Assembly (NCBI RefSeq): GCF_025244685.1
Contig: NZ_CP104202.1
Location: 1,748,471 to 1,812,470 of the forward strand
From: Chlorobaculum sp. MV4-Y
GTDB taxonomy: Bacteria > Bacteroidota > Chlorobiia > Chlorobiales > Chlorobiaceae
DNA length: 64,000 nucleotides
Reading direction: 5' to 3'
Shown: piece by piece, positions 21,199 through 31,496 of the stretch
Layout: each line of letters starts with the position of its first letter
How positions within the stretch are numbered: position 1 is the stretch's first letter
Notes under the pieces: model-generated
What the model was told of the DNA's origin: nothing
Databases searched by the model: none
What the model saw: the letters and a program-made list of their open reading frames with translations, nothing else
Made by a program: the position numbers and the translations under genes

Positions 21199-22434
21199 AT
21201 GCACACCAAGCCTGAACTGATCTCGCCCGCCGGCGACTGGACTTCGATGCGCGCCGCCCTCGATGCCGGAGCGAACGCCGTCTATTTCGGTGCAGAGGGG
21301 TTCAACATGCGGGCCGCGAGCAAGAGCTTTTCGCCGGGTGAGTTCGGCGGCATCACGCGGCTCTGCCGGAGTAACGGCGCGAAAGCGTATCTCGCGCTGA
21401 ACTCGGTGATCTACGACGCTGAGCTCGGCGAGGTTGACCGCACCGTCGCCACCGCAAAAGCCGCCGGACTCGACGCGGTGATCTGCTGGGATATGGCAGT
21501 CATTGAGGCGTGCCGTCGCCACGAAATGCCGATCCACCTCTCGACGCAGGCCTCGGTGAGCAACATCGACGCACTCCGCTTCTACGCCTCGCTCGGCGCA
21601 CGGATGATCGTGCTCGCGCGCGAATTGACACTCGACCAGGCGACGGCGATCACGAAAATGATCGAAACCGAAAAGCTGCCGGTGACGGTCGAAAGCTTCG
21701 TACACGGCGCGATGTGCGTAGCGGTCTCAGGACGTTGCTTTCTCTCGCAGGAGCTGTTCGGCCGGTCGGCCAATCGCGGCGAGTGCGTGCAGCCCTGCCG
21801 CCGCTCATACCGCATCGCCGATGTCGAGGAGGGCTTCGAACTCGAACTCGGCTCCGACTATGTGATGAGCCCGAAGGATCTCTGCACCATCGCCTTTCTT
21901 GATCAGCTCTTCGACGCGGGCATCGGTGCGTTCAAGATCGAAGGCCGTAACCGCAGCCCCGAATACGTCGCCACCACCACTGCGGCCTACCGCAAGGCCA
22001 TCGACTTCATCGCTGCACACCGGAACGACGAAGATTTCGCCGAGGCTTACCGCTCGCTGGCTGACGGACTTCAGGAGAAGCTGAAAAAAGTTTACCATCG
22101 CGGCTTCTCCGAAGGCTTCTTTTTCGGCAAACCGGCAGACTCGTGGGCGCGGCACCACGGTTCGGTTGCGACCGAAACCAAGAGCTACGTCGGCCTCGTC
22201 CGAAAGTATTTCCCCAAAGCAGGCGTGGCGGAAATCCTCGTGCACGGCCCCGGCATCGACGCCGGAGCGACGCTCTCGATTCAAGGCCCGGCGACAGGCC
22301 TCGTCACCGTACCGGAGCCTAAGCTGCATCTTGACGGCGAACCTGCAAACCGGGTCGAGCAGGGCCAGATTTTCACCGTCAGATGCAGCCGCGTCCGTAA
22401 AAACGACAAAGTGTATGTTTTGTTGAAAAATTAA
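21199..22434 (+). CDS. U32 family peptidase
   Basis: 411 aa U32 N-terminal motif [26 protein letters not shown]. Confidence 0.8.
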   Translation: MHTKPELISPAGDWTSMRAALDAGANAVYFGAEGFNMRAASKSFSPGEFGGITRLCRSNGAKAYLALNSVIYDAELGEVDRTVATAKAAGLDAVICWDMAVIEACRRHEMPIHLSTQASVSNIDALRFYASLGARMIVLARELTLDQATAITKMIETEKLPVTVESFVHGAMCVAVSGRCFLSQELFGRSANRGECVQPCRRSYRIADVEEGFELELGSDYVMSPKDLCTIAFLDQLFDAGIGAFKIEGRNRSPEYVATTTAAYRKAIDFIAAHRNDEDFAEAYRSLADGLQEKLKKVYHRGFSEGFFFGKPADSWARHHGSVATETKSYVGLVRKYFPKAGVAEILVHGPGIDAGATLSIQGPATGLVTVPEPKLHLDGEPANRVEQGQIFTVRCSRVRKNDKVYVLLKN

Positions 22435-22543
22435 CAACTTACCCCTTTCTCGTCTCGGGCTTTTGCGTACATTTGTAGGAGATGACGCTTTCCATACAGG
22501 TAGAGCGTTATCAACGGGCACCTTGCCAAAACCGGAGACAGCG

Positions 22544-23623
22544 ATGATCTACAAAGTCATCTCCAAACCCGAATTCCGCGCCTTCGTCGATGCCCTCGTC
22601 CGGGCGAACACCTCCTACGGCCCGCGCCAGGTCGATACCGACCGCAATGGCAAACCGATCTACCAGTTTATGCCGGTCTCGTCCGCGGACGAAATCGCCT
22701 TCGACTACACCGTCACAACCTCGTCCGCCAAGCATCTGATCATGCCGTTCCGTGAGGAACTGTCAAAGTTCAATTTCCGCGATGGCAACTGGGATCAACA
22801 GGTCAGCTACGACGCACCACCGATCGTGCTGTTCGGCCTGCGTCCGTGCGACATCAACGCCATCAACATCCTCGACGAGGTGATGCTCAAGGGGCCATAT
22901 CCGTCGCCCTACTACCTGGCGCGGCGCAAGAACACCTTTATCATCGGCATGGATCACCTGCCGCTACCGGATTGCTTCTGCAAGTCGATGAACCGGCACA
23001 CAACCGACCACGGCTTCAACCTCTTCGCCTCGGACATCGGCGAGAAATACTTCCTGTCGATCAACTCCTCAAAGGCCTTCAACTTCCTCAAGGAGTTCGA
23101 AACCGCCGACCCGACCTACGACGACGACTGCCTGCTCATCGAGCGGCGCAAGACGATCAAGCAGAGCTTCACGACCAACGTCGAGGTAACCGGCCTGCCG
23201 ATGTTTCTCGATCTGGAGTTCGACTCGCCCATCTGGGAAAAGTGGGGCGACAAGTGCCTGAACTGCGGAACCTGCGCAATGGTCTGCCCGACCTGCTACT
23301 GCTACAACGTCGAAGAGCACGTCGAAACCGGCCTCGGAAGCTCCAGCCGGGAGAAGCGCCTCTACTCGTGCAACCTGGTCGATTTCGCCGAAGTGACCGG
23401 CGGCCACAACTTCCGCCCGAAAAACGGCGACCGGCTCAAGTACCGTTACTATCATCACTACCGCGGCTTCGCGGCCAACGACAACCAGCAGATCTGCGTC
23501 GGCTGCAACCGCTGCGGACGCGCCTGCCTGGCCGGCATCAACCCGAAGGACCTCATCAACGACCTCAGACTGGAAAAAGAATCATGCATGACCTGCGTTT
23601 CAACATCCCCGCAGAAGAGCTGA
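22544..23623 (+). CDS. hydB: sulfhydrogenase-type [NiFe] hydrogenase beta subunit (4Fe-4S; HydB/AsrA-like)
   Basis: Start MIYKV with a GGAGA RBS. Cys clusters [16 protein letters not shown] and [11 protein letters not shown]. First gene of a beta-gamma-delta-alpha operon. Confidence 0.7.
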   Translation: MIYKVISKPEFRAFVDALVRANTSYGPRQVDTDRNGKPIYQFMPVSSADEIAFDYTVTTSSAKHLIMPFREELSKFNFRDGNWDQQVSYDAPPIVLFGLRPCDINAINILDEVMLKGPYPSPYYLARRKNTFIIGMDHLPLPDCFCKSMNRHTTDHGFNLFASDIGEKYFLSINSSKAFNFLKEFETADPTYDDDCLLIERRKTIKQSFTTNVEVTGLPMFLDLEFDSPIWEKWGDKCLNCGTCAMVCPTCYCYNVEEHVETGLGSSSREKRLYSCNLVDFAEVTGGHNFRPKNGDRLKYRYYHHYRGFAANDNQQICVGCNRCGRACLAGINPKDLINDLRLEKESCMTCVSTSPQKS

Positions 23624-23676
23624 ACCGCGCGCCGTTCGCCCGCACGAGCCCCGATTTCGGCAAGAAGTCGGAGGTC

Positions 23677-24501
23677 ATGGTGACGGACCACGGCTACAAG
23701 TGCCGCATCACCAACATCGTGCCGCTATCGGAGCACGAGCGGCTGTTCCAGCTTCGCATCGTCGATCCGCGCGAGCGCGAGCTGTTCACCTTCCGGCCGG
23801 GCCAGTTCCTGATGCTTGAAGTGCCAGGCTACGGCGAAGCACCGATCTCGATTTCAAGTGCCACGAGCAACCGCGAATTCATCGAACTCTGTATCCGCAA
23901 GGCGGGCCACGTCACCTCGGCCTTGTTCGAGGCCCGGCAGGGCGCGTTCGTCGCCGTCCGGGGGCCATTCGGCACCTCGTTCCCGATGGAAGCGATGCAG
24001 GACTCGGACGTGCTGCTCGTCGCGGGCGGCCTCGGCATCGCCCCGTTGCGCGCGCCGCTTTTCTGGATCAACGACCACCGCGACCACTACCGCAACGTCA
24101 GCTTCCTTTACGGCGCGAAGGAGCCGTCGCAAATGCTTTTCACCTACCAGTTCGAGGAGTGGAAAACCGTCAGCCATATCGACCTGCACACCATCGTCGA
24201 AAAGCCGGACGACAAGTGGACGGGACGCACGGGAATGATCACCTCGCTCTTCGACGAGATCACGATCGACCCGAAAAACACCTGGGCGATCGTCTGCGGC
24301 CCGCCAGTGATGTTCAAGTTCGTCTGCACGCATCTCGACAAGCTCAGCATTCCGATGAACCGGATGTTCGTGTCGCTGGAGCGCCGGATGCACTGCGGCA
24401 TGGGCAAATGCTGCCGCTGCATGGTCGGCTCGACCTTCACCTGCCTCGACGGCCCGGTGTTCGACTACTGGAGCGTCATGAACCTCAAGGAAGCGATTTA
24501 A
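23677..24501 (+). CDS. hydG: sulfhydrogenase gamma subunit (FAD/NAD(P)-binding oxidoreductase with 2Fe-2S)
   Basis: GGAGG RBS 5 nt upstream of ATG. RPGQF flavin motif. C-terminal CGMGKCCRC cluster. Confidence 0.7.
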   Translation: MVTDHGYKCRITNIVPLSEHERLFQLRIVDPRERELFTFRPGQFLMLEVPGYGEAPISISSATSNREFIELCIRKAGHVTSALFEARQGAFVAVRGPFGTSFPMEAMQDSDVLLVAGGLGIAPLRAPLFWINDHRDHYRNVSFLYGAKEPSQMLFTYQFEEWKTVSHIDLHTIVEKPDDKWTGRTGMITSLFDEITIDPKNTWAIVCGPPVMFKFVCTHLDKLSIPMNRMFVSLERRMHCGMGKCCRCMVGSTFTCLDGPVFDYWSVMNLKEAI

Positions 24502-24510
24502 GGAGTGAGC

Positions 24511-25278
24511 ATGAACCACCTCGGATTCGACACAGAAAAGCTGAAAATCGGCTCCTTCGACTTCACCTGCTGCGAAGGGTGCCAGCTCCAGCTCGCCAAC
24601 AAGGAATCGACCTTGCCGGAGTTCCTCGCGCTGCTCGACATAAGGAACTTCCGCGAAATCTCCTCGGAGCGATTGGACGATTACGACATCGCGCTGGTTG
24701 AAGGAAGCATCACGCGCCAGGATGAGGTCGAGCGATTGAAGGCGATCCGCGCCCAGGCCAAGGTGCTCGTTGCCTACGGAACCTGCGCCTGCTTCGGCGG
24801 CATGAACGCGCAGAAGAACAAGTTCCCGAAAGAGGAGTGCATCCGCACGGTCTATGGCGACAAAGAGATCGACACGATGCAGGAGTCGCACAAGATCAGC
24901 GACTTCGTCACGGTCGATTACTCGATTCCCGGCTGCCCGGTGAACAAGGAGGAGGTCGAGCGCATCGTGGTGAGCATTGCCACCCGCTCGCCCATCTCGC
25001 TGCCGAAGTACCCGGTGTGCGTCGAGTGCAAGCAGCGGCTCAACACCTGCCTGTTCGATCTCGGCGAGGTGTGCCTCGGGCCAATCTCGCGCGCGGGCTG
25101 CGACGCAGTCTGCCCGTCAGGCAAAACGGTCTGCCTCGGCTGCCGCGGCCCGGCGGACGGCGTCAACTATGCCTCATTCACGGAGCTTGTGAAAGAGAAG
25201 GGACTCAGCATGGACGAGATGAACGAAAAGCTCGCATTTTACAATGGTTTCGCAGATTACCTGAACCATGAAGGTTGA
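24511..25278 (+). CDS. hydD: [NiFe] hydrogenase small (delta) subunit
   Basis: [16 protein letters not shown] and GTCACFGG proximal-cluster motifs. Confidence 0.8.
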   Translation: MNHLGFDTEKLKIGSFDFTCCEGCQLQLANKESTLPEFLALLDIRNFREISSERLDDYDIALVEGSITRQDEVERLKAIRAQAKVLVAYGTCACFGGMNAQKNKFPKEECIRTVYGDKEIDTMQESHKISDFVTVDYSIPGCPVNKEEVERIVVSIATRSPISLPKYPVCVECKQRLNTCLFDLGEVCLGPISRAGCDAVCPSGKTVCLGCRGPADGVNYASFTELVKEKGLSMDEMNEKLAFYNGFADYLNHEG

Positions 25279-26542
25279 CTTCAACATAGACATCCACCAC
25301 CTGCCGAGGGCCGAAGGCCACGGCGATATTCGCATTTCGGTCAGGGACGGCAAGCTCGTTGACGCCAAGTGGGCGGTGGTCGAAACGCCGCGCTTCTTTG
25401 AAATGATGGTCAAGGGGATGAGCGCCGAGCGGGTGCCGTTCCTCACCTCGCGCATCTGCGGCATCTGCTCGATCAGCCACTCGCTGGCCAGCATCCGCTC
25501 GCTCGAACGCGCCATGCAGATCACGCCGCCCGACACAGCGAAGATCATCCGCCTGCTCGCCATGCACGGCGAAACGCTGCAAAGCCACGCGTTGCACCTC
25601 TTTTTCCTCGCCGCGCCGGACTTCATGGGCACACCGAGCGCCGTACCGCTTCTGCAATCGCATCCCGAGGTGGTCGAAGCAGGACTCATGCTCAAGGAGC
25701 TTGGCAACGAACTAAGCATCGCCACCTGCGGACGCGCCACGCACCCGGTCAGCCTGGTGCTCGGTGGTGTCAGCAAAGCCCCGTCGAAGCAGCGCCTCGC
25801 CGAAATCAAGCAGATGATCGCTGACCGCAAGCCGATGCTCGAACGTGCCACCGACTTCTTCATGACGCTCCGGATTCCGGAGTTCGTACGCGAAACCGAG
25901 TTCATCTCGCTCTTCGACGGCGAAAGCTACCCGTACATCGGCGGCAACCTCGTCTCGACCGACGGCGTCAAACGCGACGAGAACGACTACCTGCTGATGA
26001 CCAACGAATACACGGTTGACTTCTCCACCTCGAAGTTCACGAGGGTCAGCCGTGAATCATCGGCTGCCGGAGCGCTCGCGCGGTTCAACAACAACTACGA
26101 CCAACTCCACCCGCGAGCCAAAGAGGCAGCAGCAGCGTTCGGCCTCGAACCGGTCTGCCACAACCCCTTCATGAACAACATCGCCCAGCTCGTCGAGTGC
26201 CACCACATCGTCGAAAACGCCGAAGCGATCATCGATCGCCTGCTCGACGACAATTTGCACGACATTCGCACCAGCTACAAACCCCGCGCCGGAGCCGCCA
26301 CCGGAGCCGTCGAAGCCCCGCGAGGCGTGCTCTACCATTACATGGAGACCGACGACGAGGGCAAGGTGGTCAAGGGCGACTGTATCATTCCCACAACGCA
26401 GAACAACGCCAACATCCACTACGATTTGCACGCCCTCGCCGAGCAAGCGCTCGCGCAAGGCAAAGGAGAAAAAGAGGTTGAAAAACTCTGCGAAATGCTG
26501 GTGCGCTCCTACGACCCCTGCATTTCGTGCTCGGTGCATTAA
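25268..26542 (+). CDS. hydA: [NiFe] hydrogenase large (alpha) subunit
   Basis: N-terminal [10 protein letters not shown] and C-terminal DPCISCSVH Ni-binding motifs. The ORF stops directly after the final His. Confidence 0.9.
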   Translation: MKVDFNIDIHHLPRAEGHGDIRISVRDGKLVDAKWAVVETPRFFEMMVKGMSAERVPFLTSRICGICSISHSLASIRSLERAMQITPPDTAKIIRLLAMHGETLQSHALHLFFLAAPDFMGTPSAVPLLQSHPEVVEAGLMLKELGNELSIATCGRATHPVSLVLGGVSKAPSKQRLAEIKQMIADRKPMLERATDFFMTLRIPEFVRETEFISLFDGESYPYIGGNLVSTDGVKRDENDYLLMTNEYTVDFSTSKFTRVSRESSAAGALARFNNNYDQLHPRAKEAAAAFGLEPVCHNPFMNNIAQLVECHHIVENAEAIIDRLLDDNLHDIRTSYKPRAGAATGAVEAPRGVLYHYMETDDEGKVVKGDCIIPTTQNNANIHYDLHALAEQALAQGKGEKEVEKLCEMLVRSYDPCISCSVH

Positions 26543-26906
26543 AGCCGCACCGCACCTTTGCACTCGGGATAGTTGCTGCAGTCCTAAAACTGCGTACCTG
26601 CGTTTTGCCAGTTTTAGCGGTTCGCAAAACTATTGACCTGCCGCACTGAGGACATGCGGGAATACCCCCGGCAGGTGTCGGCTGTCGGCCGGGCCCGCTC
26701 TTATGGGGCTCCTGCTCTGACAGATCAATTAAATTCACCCGATGTGTCCGTTCTTTCCGGAACCGCCTCGGCGTTTAGCGCAGGGAATCCTCGTAGTCGA
26801 GCAAAAGCTCTTCGAAGCTGGCGCGTGCAACATTGACCAAGCGCAGCTCGATCTACGAAAAAGTCACTGCCGCACGGCTGACCTCGATTACTGTCATAGT
26901 CCCAAA

Positions 26907-26939
26907 ACAAAGCTGCCCCGTTTTACCGGGGCAGCTTTG
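26907..26939. terminator. bidirectional Rho-independent terminator
   Basis: CAAAGCTGCCCCG-TTTTAC-CGGGGCAGCTTTG hairpin flanked by A/T runs, between convergent hydA and the adhesin gene. Confidence 0.75.
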
Positions 26940-26981
26940 TTGCGTCACACTTGTGACTGCATTACCGAGATGACGTCTTTA

Positions 26982-28475
26982 CTATTTAGAGACCTTGTTT
27001 TCAAGATCAGCAAGCCTGCGCATCAACACCTGGATCTGCGAGTTCTGAGTATCGACCACGTTACGCAACGCCACAACCTCCGACGTTGACGCGGTCGGCG
27101 CTTTGGGCTTGGAACGTCCGAGCGCTATCGAAACGCCTGCGCGTCCCATTGCTTCGCCACCTGAGATTGCTCCGCCCAGGTTAAAGAGCACGCGTTCACT
27201 CGCATAGGCGTTCAGACCAAGCGCAACGGCATACTTACCATTGTACATACCGCCGGCAATGCCGATCTGCATCGGGTTCTCGCCGTTGAACGGCATTGGC
27301 TGCACACCGCTCAACGCTGCCGACATGGCACCCACACGGTCGAGGCGGTTACCGAGCCGGGTCACGCTGCCGTCGAGCGCGCCGATTGCAGAACCGACGT
27401 TGTTGTAGTTATTCCCCTGAACAGCATAGGTCGGCGCGGTAACGATACCGGTGGTCGTGTCATAGGTGGAGCCACCACCGAAGTTGGTGGCCGTGCTGGT
27501 GCCGGTTGCGTAGAGCTGGCTGCCGTTAACCGCGTCGGTCGAGGTGCCACTCAACTCGCCCGGAGCAACGTTGATGATTTTGTTGTTACCGTTGTCCAGC
27601 CCTGCGCTCGACAGGCTAACATTATGGTTAGGCCCGCCGGTAATGGTAACGCCGTTGGCGCCATAGGTGCCGGTGTTTGTGCCGTCATCGACAAGCATAC
27701 CGCCTGAGGTCAACTTAGCGGTGGTTGCGTCTCCAGCTCCATCATGGATGGTCAGCGCGCCGGCAGCTGCTGTATTATTACCAAGGTCAGCCTGTGCGCT
27801 GTTGGAGACGGCAAAGGTTTGGCCGTTCGCGGAGTCGATGAAAGAAACTCCGTTGTTATTAAGCACCTGGGTTGTCGATGCCGTACCTCCTGAAATAGTT
27901 GTACTGGTCGCATCAGCAGTAATGCCGTTCAGGTGACCGCCTGCATTGGTGACACCAAGCGACGCACTTCCGTCAACGACGTTCAGAGAAGCACTACCAT
28001 CTGTTGATGACAGAGCGCCGGTGTTGGTGATGCCGTTCGTCGACGTCTGATCTGCCACGTCCAAGGTGCCGCCGATCGATGCATTGCCGCCGATCGATGC
28101 ATTGCTGCCGTTGGTAAGATCGCCCGTGTTGGTGATGTTACCATCATTGGCGAACAGACCCGTGTTGATGATGCCGTTCGTCGACGTCTGGCCCGTCACG
28201 CCCAAGGTGCCGCCAATCGATGCATTGCCGTTGTTGGTAAAACTGCCTTTATTGAGAAGCGTATGTGTTACATCATCAATAGATGTAGTTGTTGAGGTAC
28301 TGTTGCCAGGACCCACTCGTACGGGCTTGTACGCAGCATGTGTGTCCTTGGGAGATGTCAGAAGACCTGTAACGGAGAGAAGACCGCAAACGATGGCCAG
28401 ATCGAGAGTTTTCTTTGAAGAACGACGACGACCAACCGAATTTCAGCGAAAGCGCACTTTCCTGCTCTTATTCAT
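26982..28475 (-). CDS. YadA-like trimeric autotransporter adhesin with head repeats, interrupted by an in-frame TGA at codon 11
   Basis: ATG at 28475 with an AAAGGAG RBS gives MNKSRKVRFR-(TGA)-NSVGRRRSSKKTLDLAIVCGLLSVTGLLTSP, a signal peptide in frame with the tool ORF 26982..28316 (GTG start). The body has NASIGG/TNG repeats and a YadA anchor-like block (GAMSAALSGVQPMP...YAVALG...AGVSIALG), followed by a 35-aa coiled-coil tail. Confidence 0.5.
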
Positions 28476-29149
28476 AAGAAAAACTCCTTTTTTGTTTGTT
28501 GTTGAAATCAAATGATCATTAAATGATCGACAATGATACTAAAAGAGAGTTTATACATATGGCTTACAAAAAACAACTTTTACGTTATAAATTTAGCATG
28601 AAGCACCATGAAGCATAAAGAGAAAATTAATCCCATGCGTTTCCGCCAAAGCGTTAACAAAAGCATAACGTCACAACAGCATCACGCAGTATGCTCCAAA
28701 AAATAAAGTCGAGAATCGGCATCGGCTGGTAAGGCAACAAGAAGTTCCCCGACGACCACAAACGGGAACAGTTCAAATACATCTGCCTGCGGAAGGAGAT
28801 GAGAGAATAAAATAAAGAGACTGTTGACAACTCGCCCGTTCGCTTTTTCTGCGAAGAGCTGCAAGACTTCACCGACACGGCAGCTCTGTGCATCATCGTG
28901 AATCTGGGAGTAATGAGCTGCAGAAGGTGATGCTCACCTTTGGCGATGGCTCGCCCAAAAACCTCACCGGCCTGGGCCGTCGATGAAGCGAAGCTCAAGG
29001 CGCTGAATGATATGGAGGCGCTAAAGCGACCTTGTCAAGAATCGTTTTGAACCGGTAATGGAATGACCGGTGGCTTGCGAACTGGTTGACGACCGGATCG
29101 GAGTGGTACTCGACCACAAGGTTGAGGCAGAACTGCGTCCAGCGATCAG

Positions 29150-29956
29150 TCAGCATACGAACCGCCGCAGCATCTCGCCGGTCAGCTCGCGCAGCTCCTG
29201 CCGGGCAGCAGGAGCTCTGGCAACGGAAGAGCAAATTGCGGGCCGGGCGTTCTCGAAATACTCTCCGTTGTAGTCGTTCCGCGCGATCTCCATCACCGTC
29301 TCGAAAACATCGTCACCGCCAACTGAAACATCGTCACCTGCAAGCGCCCATCCGGCGTGCAGCAGCTTGGTGGCGATCACGCCGGGATCGAGCGAGTTCG
29401 ACCTCACGGCCTCGTCACCGCTCGACGAGTCGATGGTGAACATGATGTTGAACAGCTTGCTCCGCGCGTAGGCCTCGTAGCCAGAATAACTCCGCTCGCC
29501 CTGCATGTTGGACGGATCGAACACGGCGCTGTGATGATCCATTGAACTCACATTCAGCACCGATCCGCCGTTGGCAATCAGCACCGGCTTGACGGCACTG
29601 GTCAGTAACACCGGAACGAGATAGTTGACGCAGAAGGTCGTCTCGTACCCCTCCGGCACCAGCGTCCGCGTCGGCATGTACACCGCCGCATTGTTGATAA
29701 GCAAGTCGAGATCGGGAAAGCGTTCCGTCAGCTCCCGCCCCATCGAATACACCGCATCGAGATCAGTGAAATCAGCCTCAACCGCCCCAAGCGGCTCCAC
29801 GCCCGTGGACTGGACGATTGCCGCGCACGCATCGCTGATCCGGGAAGCACTTCGCCCATGCACAATCACCCGATGTCCCGCCGATGCAAAGCGCTTCGCC
29901 GCTGCAAGGCCAATGCCGTCAGTGCTTCCGGTGATGCAGATGGTTAATGGGTTCAT
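29150..29956 (-). CDS. SDR family oxidoreductase
   Basis: Start MNPLTICITGSTDGIG (Rossmann TGxxxGIG). NNAAV motif. Confidence 0.8.
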   Translation of the reverse strand: MNPLTICITGSTDGIGLAAAKRFASAGHRVIVHGRSASRISDACAAIVQSTGVEPLGAVEADFTDLDAVYSMGRELTERFPDLDLLINNAAVYMPTRTLVPEGYETTFCVNYLVPVLLTSAVKPVLIANGGSVLNVSSMDHHSAVFDPSNMQGERSYSGYEAYARSKLFNIMFTIDSSSGDEAVRSNSLDPGVIATKLLHAGWALAGDDVSVGGDDVFETVMEIARNDYNGEYFENARPAICSSVARAPAARQELRELTGEMLRRFVC

Positions 29957-29995
29957 GCTTTTTTGATAAAACATTACAAAAAATGGAGATATGCC

Positions 29996-31480
29996 CTATC
30001 GCCTATCCATCAACCCGCTCACCACCCAGTCGTTCGCCGTGCTGTTGAGCGTGCTGCCGCAGAAGGCGCATTTGATGTCGAGCGTGTCCTTGACCGGTGC
30101 GCCGCAGGCCGGGCAGGTGTGCTGGTAGATCGAGCCTTTTCCGGCTCCGGCGCTGACGTCACGGGTCAGCGTCATGATCTCCTCGTGTTCCACGATCTCC
30201 GGATCGACGAGCCGAACGCTGTTGCCGGTGAGCACTGCCCGCTGAATCGACGCGGTAAGCGCAAAGGTGAGGATGTTTTTCCCGTCTCGCTGCTCGGCCT
30301 TGATGAGCGTCACGCGGTTCAGGAAAATGCGGTTGAAAATCTCCTTGTTCTGTTCGTACTTCGGCGTAAGCTGCCGAAACAGGTCGTCCGTGACAAACCG
30401 CCGCATGATCGCGGGATTATGCATGGCCTTGGCGGTCATCATCTGCATCCAGGCGTTTGAGGCCTTGTCTTCGACGAGCTGAACGGAAAAATCGCCATAG
30501 ACCGAATTCATTTCTGTAACCTTCGCCTCCAGATCGGGCATCTTTTCCGAATGAAGCCCGTCTCTGCGGTAATCCTCCTGCTGGGTGATTTCGGCGAGCA
30601 CCCAGTCGAACTCGCCGGAGTTGACCATCGCGTTACAATACTTGCACTTGCAGAGTTCGCCCATATCCTTCGGCAGCGGCGCACCGCAGTTGGGGCATTG
30701 TTCGGAGTCGTAGATATCCTTGCCAGCCGCGCCGCGCTTGCGGATGAACGACCAGTACTCGACAAATTCGCTCGTCCCCTCTTCGTCCAGCGCATGGTTC
30801 AGGGCGCAAATAAACCGGTCGGTCATGCTCGCCTTGACGCCGGCGTGGACAATGTCATACCGGCCATCCTGCTCGATCCGCTCGACCCACACCATCGAGA
30901 TGTTGATGTCGCTCAGCGGATTGCTCTGCTGGAGCAGGCGCATCATTTTGAACTGGGTGTTGAAGCGCTGGTAAACGCCGTCGGAGATAAACCGGCGCAT
31001 CATGTCCGTGCTCTGCGCCGACCAGGCCATCTGCACTTCGAGAAACGCCTTGCGTACCTTGGCGAGAAACGTGACTTGATCGAAACCGGCAGGGGCTCCG
31101 GGGAATCCCGCATTGTTACCGATACCGGGCAACAGTTCAGGCATAACCTCCTCGAATGGGCTTCCATCCGATCCTTTCCGCAATTTCGCCGCGACGTTGA
31201 AGACGACGTAGAGCATCGCGAGAAGAAACATGACGGTGAAAATCACCGAAAAATCGAAATGGCCGGATGAGCCGTAACTATGATAACTATTGAAACTGTG
31301 ATACGTGCTGTGTCCGCCCCCGGAAAATCCACCGCCAGAATGTCCACTACTACTATGCCCGCCTCCACTATGTCCACCCCCACCTCCTGCCCGGGCAAGA
31401 AGCTCACCGGCAAAAAACGGAACACCAAGCACGGCAAAGGTAGCGGAAGCAACAACGCGGGAGAAGAGAGCTGATCGCAT
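29996..31480 (-). CDS. Tim44-like domain protein with zinc ribbons and a Gly/His/Ser-rich N-terminal region
   Basis: Signal peptide or TM, then GGGGGHSGGGHSSSGHSGGGFSGGGHS low complexity, then a TM helix. Two CxxC...CxxC ribbons (CPNCGAPL..CKCKYC and CPACGAPV..CAFC). Confidence 0.45.
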   Translation of the reverse strand: MRSALFSRVVASATFAVLGVPFFAGELLARAGGGGGHSGGGHSSSGHSGGGFSGGGHSTYHSFNSYHSYGSSGHFDFSVIFTVMFLLAMLYVVFNVAAKLRKGSDGSPFEEVMPELLPGIGNNAGFPGAPAGFDQVTFLAKVRKAFLEVQMAWSAQSTDMMRRFISDGVYQRFNTQFKMMRLLQQSNPLSDINISMVWVERIEQDGRYDIVHAGVKASMTDRFICALNHALDEEGTSEFVEYWSFIRKRGAAGKDIYDSEQCPNCGAPLPKDMGELCKCKYCNAMVNSGEFDWVLAEITQQEDYRRDGLHSEKMPDLEAKVTEMNSVYGDFSVQLVEDKASNAWMQMMTAKAMHNPAIMRRFVTDDLFRQLTPKYEQNKEIFNRIFLNRVTLIKAEQRDGKNILTFALTASIQRAVLTGNSVRLVDPEIVEHEEIMTLTRDVSAGAGKGSIYQHTCPACGAPVKDTLDIKCAFCGSTLNSTANDWVVSGLMDRR

Positions 31481-31496
31481 GGGAGTGGCTCAGCGG

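Noticed and set aside
22846-24501. 551-aa tool ORF spanning hydB and hydG
   Set aside because: Its 5' two-thirds is an out-of-frame read-through of hydB. The real hydG start is the ATG at 23677 with a GGAGG RBS.
23854-24891. 345-aa ORF antisense to the hydrogenase gamma/delta genes
   Set aside because: Overlaps well-supported hydrogenase genes. Low-complexity Arg/Ala/Glu-rich translation typical of GC-rich antisense frames.
28443-28475. 10-codon mini-ORF MNKSRKVRFR-stop with a perfect RBS
   Set aside because: Not an independent gene. It is in frame with, and forms the n-region of, the adhesin signal peptide. Reported instead as an in-frame TGA within that gene.
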